Source: Isurus oxyrinchus (taxonomy: Eukaryota). Taken from it: DNA of 64,000 nt. This document shows, one piece after another, positions 25,074 through 36,649 of this stretch. A program made the position numbers and the translations under genes. The notes beneath the pieces were generated by a model. It was not told where the DNA came from. It saw nothing but the letters and a program-made list of their open reading frames with translations, and made no database searches. Each line of letters begins with the position of its first letter. Position 1 is the stretch's first letter. Where the stretch lies: assembly GCA_026770705.1 (NCBI GenBank), contig JANJGN010000052.1, forward strand, positions 3,782,001-3,846,000, written 5' to 3'.

Positions 25074-25776
25074 CTAAGAACAAATCAAGTGTTTAATGTG
25101 AGCAAGCAGCGTGCACAGCAAGACTCCATGCATCATCTCTGTGTATCTGATGTCTGTATGCATTTCCAGATACCTTCCCTCCATATAACTTCCACTGTCA
25201 AATTTATAATGGGCACTGCCGATGTAAACAGTCAAACTACAGTTACATTCTCCCACCAGTAGAGGTGCTGTTCACCTAGAATGAAAGAAACTTTCACATC
25301 CTCAGGATTTTGCCAAGGGATTTACGGGAATGAATTGTATTTGATCGATGGAGCACTGAGGGGTAAATCTACAATTCTCTGTTCAGGAGGTTGCTCATCC
25401 AGTTCAGGGTCTTGTTGATCTGGAGTTTACCTTCCTTCAACACAGAATCGGAGCTGACACCGAGACTCCAGTGCAGCCCTGAGAGAGGAGAGGGACCTCA
25501 CGCGTGTTTATGTGTATGTGTTTGTGTTTCTACATATGTGAGTATGTTTGTGTGAGTATGCATGCATGTGTCTGTGTGTGCATGTGTGTATGTGTTTGCG
25601 CAAATGTGCGTGTGTCTTTGTGTATATTTCTGTGCATAAGTGAATGTGTGTACATGTGTATGTGTATGTGTGTGCACGTGTGAGTGTGTGTGTGTGAGTT
25701 GAGTGTGTGTATGTTTCTGTGTAGGTTTTTGCACGTGTATGACTGTGTGTAAATGTGCATGTATGTGCCTACACAT

Positions 25777-25820
<44 letters not shown>

Positions 25821-26999
25821 ATGTGTGCATGTGGATTGTCGCATCTTTATTATTAACGTTATTTAAAAATAGTGATCACACAAGCCTGGCTTCTAAGGAG
25901 ATGAAACTGCAAACAATTTACAGTAAAGTGAAATGTACAGGAATAATCTATTTATTTTGAGTTGATGATATATAATTATACATGAGGCATGTTGCTAATT
26001 TCAAACATCATCTGAAATATGGCAGGTCTGACAGAGCAGCATTCCCTCAGTGTCCACCCTCTGACAGTGCAGCACTCCCTCAGCATTGACGCTTTGAGAG
26101 TGCAGCACTCCTTCAGTATTGACCCTCTGGAAGTGCAGCACTCCCTCAGTGCTAACACTCCAACAGTGCAGCACTCCCTCAGTACTGACCCTCTGACAGT
26201 GCAGCACTCCCTAAGTACTGACCCTCTGACAGTTCAGCACTGCCTCAGTACTGACCCTTTGATAGAGCAGGGTTTCCCTCAGTACTGACCCTCTGACAGT
26301 GCAGCACTCCCTCAATATTGACCCTCCAACAGTGCAGCACTCCCTCAGCACTCCCTCACTGGGGAGAGTCCATCTGGGTTTTGAGCTGAAACCTTGAGAT
26401 GGTTTGAAAACCCCAACCTGCTGTCTTGGAGAGAGAGAAAGAGAGAGTGAGTGCGTGTGTGAGAAAGAGAGACAATGTGTGTGTGAGACAGTGACAGTGC
26501 GTATGTGTGCGAGAGAGAAGGATAGAGAGAAAGAGAAAATGTGTGAGAGAGCAAAAGAGAGGTAGAGTGTGTACGCATGAGAGAGTGAGGTAGCTGAATT
26601 GTGTGAGAGAGAGAGTGTGTGTGAGAGAAAGGGAATGTCTGTGTTAGGGAGAGAGCTTATGTGTGAGAGAGAAAGAAAGAGAGAGAATCTGTGGGTGTTA
26701 GATAGTGTGTGTGTGAAAGAGAGAGTGTGTATGTGAGAGAGCGTGTGCGTGAGAGCGTGTGTGTGTGTGTGTTTGAGAGAGAGGGTGTATGTGTTTGAGA
26801 GAAGGAGTGTGCGAGAGAGGGTGTGTGTATTTGAGAGGGAGTGTGTGTGTTTAAAAGAATGAACAAGAGAAAATGTGTGTACGTGTGTGTGTGTGTCTGC
26901 GTGTGCATTCTGACTGAGCCGAGTTTACAGTTTCACACGTTGCTAGGGACCACTTTTCCGCCTCTCTGTCAGACTGCGTGTATCTGACAGCAGGTCAGG

Positions 27000-27240
27000 C
27001 AGAAATAGTCCAGAATGCGCTGTGGTTTTGTAGCATTGAAACAACGACATGAACTAAATGAGTGCTGCACCAAATAAAGACATGGAGTGACCACACCAAA
27101 AAACCACGTGACTTCCCCAGTTTCACATCTCCCTCAAACACAGAAAAACTGGGTTAACACTGACCCTCCTCCCAGAGCCAGTTCACCTCGTGTCCGATGC
27201 AGTCAGGAGAGGAAGATCATCTCTCCTCCGATCCTGGTAA
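27000..27240 (+). promoter_or_regulatory. Candidate promoter and non-coding first exon of gene B
   Basis: TGTGGTTT, GACCACA and AACCACGTGACTTCCCCAGTTTCAC cluster, with donor CTG|GTAAAC after 27236. The leader exon at 30010 has an acceptor, so an upstream exon is expected. Confidence 0.4.
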
Positions 27241-28679
27241 ACTGAACATTTCCAGAATGAGATCAGCTCCCTGAAGTGTCTCCAGTTAGACATTCATCTG
27301 ACAGGATTGACTCTACAACCCTGGGGACTCATTCTCCTGTAAGTAAAACACTTGCTGCTCCTGTCAAATCTCTTCTGTACAGCATGGTCTCTGGATGTCC
27401 CAGAACACTTTACAGTTGAGTACACCCTTTTTTCGAAGTGTGGTTACTGTTGTAATGTAGGAAACGCAGCAGCCAATTAGCGCACAGCAAGCTCCCACAA
27501 ACAGCAATGTGATCATCTGTTTTTGGTGATGTTGGTTGAGGGATAAATATTGGTCCCAGGACACCGGGGAGATCTCCCCCCTGCTCTTCCTCCAAATAGT
27601 GGTTGTGGGATCTTTCACACCCGCCCGAGAGGGCAGACGGGGGACTCGGTTTAGTGTCTAATATTGGACTAATCTCCAGGCGAGGTTGGCTGGATGGATT
27701 ATTGACAAGGTCCATTCACCCTGTAAAGAGTTTCTCTGGTTTGAAATACCCAATCAAACATCGAGTTCTGTGTCTAAACCTTGTGTTGAAAAGACACCTT
27801 TCCAGCTCTTCACCTGCCATTAGCTTGTTGAGTCTTCACACGCTCCGTCTGTCCGTGACCAACCCCTCTTAGCTCATCCTTTCCTTGTCGTACATCGAGC
27901 TGTTCATCCTGACGGGTTCCATCCTTCCCAGTAACACTCCATCTCCGACATCAAACTAACTCCCAACACGTTGATGAATTGTATGGATTCCAGCGTCAGT
28001 TGGTTCTGTCTGAGGCTGTTTCTCTGATCGGGGACCGAGCTGTTCTGAATGGACATTGTGTTCAGTACTGATCCTCTGACAGTGCAGCACTACCTCAGTA
28101 CTTACCCTCTGACAGTGCAGCACGCCCTCAGTACTGATCCTCTGACAGTGCAGCACTCCCTCACCACTCCCTCACTGGGGAGAATCTACCTAGGTTTTGA
28201 GCTGAAATCATGAGCAGGTCTTAAAACATTCTGTATCAGAGAGAGAGAGAGTGTCTGAGAGACAGAGAGAGACAGAGAGACTGTGTGAGAGAGAAAAAGA
28301 GATAGAGAGAGTGTGTGCATGTGTGAGGGAGAGTGTTTGTATATGAGGGAGAGAGTGTGCTTGTGAGAGTGCATGAGAGAGAGTGTGTGGGAGAGAGAGT
28401 TTGTTTGTGACAGAGAGTGTGTGTGTGTGCGAGGGAGAGAAAGAGGGAGACAGCAGAAGATCGAGATGAAGAGAAATGTTAAATGTTTGAGAGAGAGAGA
28501 ATGTGTGTGTCTGAGAGAGAGAGTGTGTGTGTGTGAGAGACAGTGTGTGCTTGACAGAAAGAGAGATTGTGTTAGTTTTAGGGAAAGTGTGTGAGTGTGT
28601 GAGAGAGTGTTTGTGTCTGAGAGAGAGAGAGAATGTATTTGAGGGAGGGAGACAGAGAGAATGTGTGTGTGAGAGAGAG

Positions 28680-29417
28680 AGAGAGCAGAAGAGTGCGATA
28701 GAGAGAGATTGTGAGTGTTAGAGAGAGAATGTGTGTGTGAGAGAGATAGAGCAGATGAGTGTGATAGAGAGAGATTGTGTTTGTTAGAGAGAGAAGGTGT
28801 GTGTGAGAGAGATAGAGCAGAAGAGTGTGATAGAGAGAGATTGTGAGTGTTAGAGAGAGAATGTGTGTGTGAGAGAGAAAGAGAGAGCAGAAGAGTGTGA
28901 TAGAGAGAGATTGTGAGTGTTAGAGAGAGAATGTGTGTGTGTGAGAGAGAGAGATAGAGCAGAAGAGTGCGATAGAGAGAGATTGTGAGTGTTAGAGAGA
29001 GAATGTGTGTGTGTGAAAGAGAGAGAGATACAGCAGAAAAGTGCGAGAGAGATTGTGAGTGTTAGAGAGAGCATGTGTGTGTGAGAGAGAGAGATAGAGC
29101 AGAAGAGTGTGATGGAGAGAGATTGTGAGTGTTAGAGAGAAGGTGTGTGTGTGAGAGAGAGATAGAGCAGAAGAGTGCATTTGAGAGAGATTGAGTGTTA
29201 GAGAGAGAATGTGTGTGTGTGAGAGAGAGAGATAGAGCAGAAGAGTGTGATAGAGAGAGATTGTGAGTGTTAGAGAGAAAATGTGTGTGTGAGAGAGAGA
29301 GATAGAGCAGAAGAGTGTGATAGAGAGAGATTGTGAGTGTTAGAGAGAAAATGTGTGTGAGAGAGAGATAGAGCAGAAGAGTGTGATAGAGAGAGATTGT
29401 GAGTGTTAGAGAGAGAA

Positions 29418-29449
<32 letters not shown>

Positions 29450-29757
29450 CAGAAGAGTGTGATAGAGAGAGAATGTGAGTGTCTGAGAGAGAATGTGTGT
29501 GAGTGAACGAGAGATAGAGCAGAAGAGTGTGATAGAGAGAGATTGTGAGTGTTAGAGAGAGAATGTGTGTGTGAGAGAGAGAGATAGAGCAGAAGAGTGT
29601 GATAGAGAGAGATTGTGAGTGTTAGAGAGAGAATGTGTGTGTGAGAGAGAGAGATAGAGCAGAAGAGTGTGATAGAGAGAGATTGTGAGTGTTAGAGAGA
29701 GAATGTGTGTGTGAGAGAGAGAGAGAGAGCAGAAGAGTGTGATAGATAGAGATTGTG
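28680..29757 (-). repeat. ~70-bp compound minisatellite, arm B copy
   Basis: Reverse complement of the 7025-9740 unit. Confidence 0.95.
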
Positions 29758-30023
29758 AGGACTAAACTCACTGAGAGAAAAAGCTGGACACCCAGCACAG
29801 GGAGTGAGGGAACAATGAATTTTTGCCGTGTTTGGTGAATCGGTTTGCGATGTCCCTTCTCAATCTCTCCTTCCTTGTCTTGACATTAGTTTATTCCCTG
29901 GGGCTGTTTAACTCACTGAAAGGTGCCATTTAAACACAAGTTGTTGTTTGAGGAAGAAACACTGGGGACAATTTCTGAAAAAGTCTCTGTCTTTATCATT
30001 TCCATTTAGATGAGGAACTGAAG

Positions 30024-30069
30024 ATGGGAGAGGTCGGTCTGATATTGATCTTCATCAGCTTGCTGCAAG
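30024..30069 (+). pseudogene. Signal-peptide exon of Siglec gene B (MGEVGLILIFISLLQ|G)
   Basis: Acceptor at 30009, AAGATGG Kozak-like start, 46 nt, phase-1 donor G|GTACAA. Confidence 0.85.
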
Positions 30070-30889
30070 GTACAAATTCATTACTGATCGGAACTCAGGG
30101 AATTGGATTCTTTCCTGGAGTGAGGAAGTGAACATTTAATTTTAGAGAACAGGGTTAGTGATCACACAGAGAGTGAGTGAATAGCGAGTCAGAGAATATA
30201 GCAAAAGAAAAAGTCTCATACGGACTCGAAACACCAACTCTGTTTCTCTCTCCACAGATGCTGTCAGACCTGCTGTGTTTTTCCAGCATTTTCTGTTTGT
30301 GCATCAGAGAGCTTGTTTCAATAGGAATGACAGTGCATTTATACAGCACCTTTAATGCAGTAAAACAACCTTATTGCTTCACAGGATTCCCCCACAAGGG
30401 GTAACATCCCCTCAGCATCCACCCTGTCAAACCCCCCACCACCTCAGAATCTTATATGTTTCAATAAGATCACCTCTCATTCTTCTAAACTCCAATGGAT
30501 ACAGGGCCCAACCTGCTCAACATTTCCTCATAAGACAAACCCCCTTCATCCCAGGAATCAGCCCAGTGATCCTCCTCTGAACTGCCTCCAATGCAGAGTC
30601 TATCCCTCCCTAAGTAAGGAGACCAGAACTGTACACACTGCTCCTGATACAATCTCACCAACGCCCTGTACAGTTGTAGCAAGACTTCCCTCCTTTTATA
30701 CTCCATCCCTTTGCAATAAAGGCCAACATTCCACTTGCCTTCCTCATTCCGTGCTGTTCCTGAATGCTGACTTTCTGTGATTCATGTACATGGACACCCA
30801 GATCCCTCTGTACCGCATTCTGTAGACTCTCTCCATTGAAGTAATATTCTGCTTTTTGATGTTCAGTCCCCTCCCTTGTTGCCTTTCAG

Positions 30890-31191
30890 GAGTGACGTCA
30901 GAGGGATGGTCTATGAAGGCGCTGCCTCGGAGGGCCATCAGCAGCTCTTGTGTGGTTATTCCGTGTAGCTTTGACTTTCCTTCCCACTCTTACACAGCAC
31001 TGCACGGAGCTTGGTATAAATATTGGTATAGATGGAAATATACCATCACATACACCAAAGATCCCAACTATGGGATGGCCACATTCGTGGGACGTGCTAA
31101 AATAATCGGCAACTTGGAAGGGAAGAATTGTTCGGTGAGGATTGACAGTCTCAGAGCTGAAGACAGTGACGTGTATTGCACCCAATTCTAA
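30890..31191 (+). pseudogene. Truncated Siglec/MAG-like V-set exon of gene B
   Basis: GVTSEGWSMK...SSSCVVIPCSFDFP...LHGAWYKYWYRWKY...FVGRAKIIGNLEGKNCSVRIDSLRAEDSDVY|CTQF*. Siglec CxxIPC and E-strand Cys are present, but the F-strand FR and G strand are missing. Confidence 0.85.
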
Positions 31192-32290
31192 ATCTTTTCA
31201 CCAATTAGTCGACCTCATGAAGATGTGTTTTCAGCTGAAGCCGTGGGTAATAATGAAAAGGTTTAAGTTTAACTCCAGAGTAAGGGCCCAGGGAGAGTCC
31301 ATCGCAACCTCTACAGTGAAGTGGAAGCAGGTGACTGAGCACTGGGACCTCGGAGACACACTCAATGACATGTTGCGGGGCCGATTGGTTTGTGTCGTTC
31401 ACCCCAACGCCATTCAGAGCCGTTTACTCGCAGAAGCCGACATCGATTTGAAGCGCACCATGGAAATAGCGCTAGGCATGGAAAGTGCTGGGAGAGACTG
31501 GCGGGATTTACAGGATGTACAACATGGCGCCAGTCCTCAGCTGGGACAGGAAACAACCACCAGGCGTGAGGCTCAAACTGGAGAGAGAGAGAGAGAGACA
31601 GCCGCCAAGCGAGAGACAGTCTCTGCCGCTCCAGAAACTAAAAGGCTTCGTGGGAGTATTTCAGCAGCAACTCCGAAGTTGGCCTGTTCTCGATGTGGGG
31701 GGCATTGAGCACGTACTGGACACCTGCAGGTCCAAGGGGGCAGAAGGCCATCACTGCCACAAGAAAGGGGTGGGTAATAAAGCAATGCAGGGTGAAATCG
31801 AGACAGTCTATCAGGCAGTGCACCAACATGATGGAAGTGAATAATATCACAGAGCCTGAAGCTGCTGATACCGATGTCTATTCCCTGTCCAATGTCACAG
31901 CGGTAAAAACTGAACCTATAACCATCACAACCCAAGTGAATGGGCAGCCACTAGTAATGGGGCAGATACGGGAGCCTCAGACACAGTGGTGGAAGAGCCC
32001 ACATTTAAACAGCTAAATGAAGGAACCCAGACGCTGAATTTAGAGCCAACAATGGATCAGCTGAAGACACACACTGGAGAATCCATACAGGGAAAGGACC
32101 TCATCCCAGTACCTGTGTCCTACAGGCAGCAGACAGCCCAGCTTCCAGTGATCATAGCGACAGGTGAGGGCCCTAGTCTTCTGGGCCGAGACTGGTTCCA
32201 GAAAACCAAGCTCAGCTGCTCTGAAATGTTTCACTGGAGGAGTTGCTGAGTTGCTGGGGGAATATGAGAGTGTATCTCGGAATGAGTTTG
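31177..32290 (+). mobile_element. Degenerate Gypsy gag-protease fragment (arm B)
   Basis: Gag core, CSRCGG..H....C knuckle, GATACGGGAGCC (DTGA) near 31966, and GEGPSLLGRDW. No LTR at either end. Confidence 0.85.
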
Positions 32291-32544
32291 AAGAATTGAA
32301 GCATCCTCACAGGCTGCAAGTGTCCCTCAGGTCAGAGTTGGTTCCACTGGAAAATCCTGAAGAGAAAGAAAGCGAATTCTGTGCCGCTCTGAGCAAACTG
32401 AAGAAACAGTTGGCAGGGAAGACCCAACCATGTCCAATGTTCCAGGAGGAAGGCAAGAGATACAAGGAAGAGACTGAAGAGCTGAAGATTCAGCTGAATG
32501 AAACCAAAGAGGCAGTTACAGTATCACAACAAGTTTACAGTGCA

Positions 32545-32950
32545 GAAGGAGGCCATTCAGCCCCTTGAGCCTGTTACACAGGAACAGGAGGAGGCCATTC
32601 AGCCCCCTCAAGCCTGTTACACAGGAACAGGAGGAGGCCATTCAGTCCCCTCGAGACTGTTACACAGGAACAGGAGGAGGCCATTCAGCCCCTTGAGCCT
32701 GTTACACAGGAACAGGAGGAGGCCATTCAGCCCCCTCGAGACTGTTACACAGGAACAGGAGGAGGCCATTCAGCCCCCTCAAGACTGTTACACAGAAACA
32801 GGAGGAGGCCATTCTGCCACTTATGTCCGTTACACAGGAACAAGAGGAGGCCATTCTGCCACTTATGTCCGTTATACAGGAACAGGAGGAGGCCATTCAG
32901 CCACTGATGCCCGTTACACAGGAACAGGAGGAGGCCATTCAGCCCCTTGT
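32545..32950 (+). repeat. ~39-42-bp minisatellite, arm B copy
   Basis: Mirror of 3895-4260 with a slightly different unit count. Confidence 0.9.
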
Positions 32951-33339
32951 AGGGTGTGGTGGTGTGTGTCAGCTTCACCTGCGACTTCTGAGCCGTCTGA
33001 ATCACTCCCACTCCCTGGGTTCTAGACCTTGGACTTATTCGGGGCTTGTCACAAAGTGCAGCAGACAACTGGTTTTGGTGCAAGACAAAAACTGAGTTTA
33101 CTGAAGTCACAAATGAACTTATAACATTAGGATGACACTGAGATTATACAGACTTACAAAGTACACTGAGTTAAGAATAGGGAACACACGGCATAACGAG
33201 GGAGAATCACGCTACTAATGCCCTTACCCTTGTCCCACCCCCAAACCCTAACTAAATTGCACTAGGAGAGGTCAGGGGTCACGCTCACCAACCCAGGGTT
33301 CCTTGACAGTTGGAAATTTTGAGAACCCTTCAAGAGATG

Positions 33340-33990
33340 GGGAGGGTTACAGGGGCTGGAGGAGGTTACAGTGATAGGGAGGGTTGTAGGGGCTGGAGGA
33401 GGTTACAGAGATAGGGAGGGTTGTAGGGGCTGGAGGAGGTTACAGAGATAAGGAGTGTTGTAGGGGCTGGAGGAGGTTACAGAGATAAGGAGGGTTGTAG
33501 GTGCTGGAAGCTGTTCCAGAGATAGGGAGGGTTGTAGGGGCTGGAGGAGGTTACAGGTATAGGGAGGGTTGTAGGGGCTGGAGGATGACACAGAGATAGG
33601 GCGAGTTGCAGGGGGTGGAGCAGGTTGTAGAGATAGGGAGGGTTGTAGGGACTGGAAGAGATTACAGAAATAGGGAGGGTTGTGGTGGTTGGAGGATGTT
33701 ACAGAGATGGGCAGGATTGTCAAGGCTGGTGGAGGCTTGGGAGATTATTAGGGTTACAGTGGCTAGAGGAGGTGACATGTATAGGGGTGTTGTCGGGCTG
33801 GAGGTTGTTACAGGGATAGGGAGGATTGTATGGGCTTGTGGAGGAGGTTACAGATATAGGGAGGGTTGTGGGAGGTGGAGGAGGTTACAGAGATGGGGAG
33901 GATTGTAGGGGCTGGTGGAGGTTACAGAGATAGGGAGGGTTGTAGGGGCTGGAGGAAAGGGACAGAGAGAGGAGGTTACAGATATAGGGA
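33340..33990 (+). repeat. Degenerate 37-bp G-rich minisatellite
   Basis: Same unit as 1273-2645. Mostly missing in arm A, where only 3400-3510 remains. Confidence 0.9.
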
Positions 33991-34134
33991 GGGAGACAGT
34001 CAGAGAGAGAGCGACAGGGAGAGAGAGAGCGATAGAGAGATTGAGAGACAGACAGAGACTGCGAGAGGGAGAAGAGAGAAGGAGAGTGAGAGAGAGAGAG
34101 AGAACAAGTGTGAAAGATGGTGGAAGGGAAGAGT

Positions 34135-34490
34135 GGGGAGGTGTTGGCCTGATGGTATTTTCACTGGACCAGTAATCCAGAGACCCAGTGTAATGCTCCT
34201 GGGACCCTGGTTAGAATCTCACCACAGCAGTTGGTGGAATTTCAATTCAATAAAAACCTGGAATTAAAAGTCCGATGATGACCAGGAAACCATTGCTGAT
34301 TCTTGTATTTGGGTCACAAATGCCCTTTAGGGAGGGAAATCTGCTGTCCTTACCTGGTCTGGCCTACATGTGACTCCAGACCCACAGCAATGTGGTTCAC
34401 TTTTAAAAAGTGGCCTCTGAACAAGGGCAATTAGGGTTGGGCAATAAATGCTGGCCTGGGCAGTGATGTCCACATCACATGAAAGAATGA
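34135..34490 (+). mobile_element. tRNA-derived SINE sharing its 3' tail with the LINE family at 16950 and 41350
   Basis: Degenerate A/B-box-like head, CCTTACCTGGTCTGGCCTACATGTGACTCCAGACC core, and GGGCAATTAGGG.TGGGCAATAAATGCTGGCC tail. Related copies at 49870-50240 and 51085-51345. Confidence 0.7.
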
Positions 34491-35089
34491 AATAAAAGGA
34501 CAGAGAGGGACAGACAGAGTCGAGAGACACCCAGAATGAAAAAAACACAGTAAACACTGGAAAATAAACATTCTGGTCTGATCTGGTCTTGTATACCTTC
34601 AAATGGAACACCAGTAAAACAGGGAAATAAGAGTACTGGGCCAAACTGTTAGAGAGGGTCACATTTAGAGAGAGAGAGAGAGAGAGAAAGAGGGAGACAC
34701 TGAAAGAGATAAGGACAAGGAAAGAAAGAGTGAGAGAGAGAGACAGACAGAGACACACAAAGAAGTAGAAAGAAAGTGATAGAGATGAAGCAGGAGAGAA
34801 TGAGGAGAAAGATAGATAGATAGAGAGAGAGGATGGTAGAGAAAGAGAACGAGAGGAAAAGAGACAAAGGCAGAATGTGATGGAACACTGAATCCTTGTC
34901 TATGCGTTTTGAAATCCAGCCCAGAACTATCATTGGAAGATTCAGCGAGTGTCCAGTACAGGGGACCCAGCCCAACCTTCTCATCCTGACCTTCCCAGTG
35001 GGGCTGAAGAGGGCAGAGAGGAAACCTTCCTCTGTTATTCTGTTGTCAAATAAACACAACAATTCTGGAACTCTGCCCTTTCTATCTCA

Positions 35090-35675
35090 CGGATTAGAAT
35101 ATAAGGGGGCAGAGGTCATGCTTCAGTCTACATAAAGCCCTGGCTAGACCACACCTGGAGTCACTGTGAGACATTCTGGGCCCCACACCTTAGGAAGGAT
35201 ATATTGACCTCGGAGGGAGAGCAGTGTCAGTTTACCAGAATGAGACCGGGACTCCAAGGGTTAAATCACAAGGAGAGATTAAACACAAACTCGGCTTGTC
35301 CTCCCTGGAAGTTAGAATGTTAAGCAGGGGATTTGATGAAAGTTCGCATGATATTAAGGGGAACAGATCGGGGGAGATAAAGAGAAACCATTTCCCCTGG
35401 TTGGGGGGAGTCTGGGACTCGGGGTCAGAGCCTAAAAAGGAATTAAATGAGGAAGTACAAAGGGTGGGAGAAATTTGGAACTCTCTTCCCCAAACAGGAA
35501 CTGATGCACGATCAAGTTGTTCATTTTAAACCTGTGAGACTGATAGATTTTTGTTATCCAAAGGTATTAAAGGAGATGGGACAAAGGCATATGGGGCTAG
35601 TTTGCAGATCAGCCATGAGCTCATTGAATGGTGGAGCAGGCTCGAGGGGCCAAATGGCCTCCTCCTACCCTCATG
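35090..35675 (+). mobile_element. CR1-type LINE 3' end (arm B only)
   Basis: GLEYKGAEVMLQ...LARPHLE..., ...WNSLP, and tail ATTGAATGGTGGAGCAGGCTCGAGGGGCCAAATGGCCTCCTCCT. Confidence 0.8.
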
Positions 35676-36649
35676 TAATAGAAACTTACCTGTCAGAAGC
35701 CAGTTTATGTTGATGTGAGTCTGAGTCGATGACTGAACCCAGTTGGTAACTTGTTCCATACAAAGCAAGAACGTTCATGCCCTTCAATGTTCCTGGATAA
35801 ACCATTAACAAAGCTGGTGACAGACAGTCTCCACATGGTAAACACTGACCGATCAACACATGACATGGCTGTTAACCCCTAAACCTCAGCGTAAATCAGT
35901 TCCCCCTCGAGGCCCCTTGTCCGAAATAAAAGCAACGCACACAATTTGTAAAATAGTAAGTGTCTGGCAGGAAGGAGGAGCAATGAGAGGAGTAAGGGGT
36001 TAGGGGGCATGCGGTTCACCTGATTTGCCGACATTAGAACCAGCCCCTATGTTTTTGCTATGTTGTGTTGCATCAATATGAACACATATTTGCACAAGGT
36101 GAAGGGCGTTGCGGAGGGACTGATAGTTCTCGGCGCCAGACAGTCTATGTCCCAGTGACCTTACTGCTGGTCCCAGGCCAGTGGGACAGGGAACATCGAC
36201 ACTGCAATATCCAGAAATGGGTGTGATACCACACAGCTACCCGCCCGCGGCTGTCCCCTTCAAGTGTTTCAGGTATAAGAGCAGGAAGCTCCTCTAGTTA
36301 CAAACCAAAGCATCAAAGCAGAGCCAGAAGATCAGAAGAGACAGGCAGAGATGGGAAGCTCCCAGATGAAATGGCGACTTGTCTTGTCCACTCTGACTTT
36401 GCTGCTCTCCCTGCAGCTGAGTCACTTCTTCTCCTTGTCGAGGTTAAGCTAAGAGATGTCCCTCTGGGTGAGGTGTTTCTTGCACATGACTCTACGTCTA
36501 CCACCCAGATAGACTGGTCTCTTCCGCAGTTTGATATTATTATGTTCGTGCCTTTAATATTGTCGCCCTCTATGAATTTAACATCATTTCCTTCTGTCAT
36601 TTCCCCTGAAATTCTCATTCTTGTTTTCAATCCCTCCTCAGCCACTCCC

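Noticed and set aside
32498-33110. QEQEEAIQP-repeat ORFs as an involucrin-like or coiled-coil protein
   Set aside because: Minisatellite of mixed 39-42-bp units that shifts frame and resembles the reverse complement of the CR1 3' tail.
33047-33308. ~260-bp TGTCA...TGACA segment as the LTR of the Gypsy remnant
   Set aside because: No matching target-site duplication, no second copy in the same arm, and it is separated from the gag-protease fragment by unrelated sequence.
34577-34650. Possible minus-strand mini-exon (CTAACAG|...LAQYSYFPVLLVFHLK|GTATAC)
   Set aside because: Weak donor, no partner exons, and absent from arm A. The evidence is insufficient.
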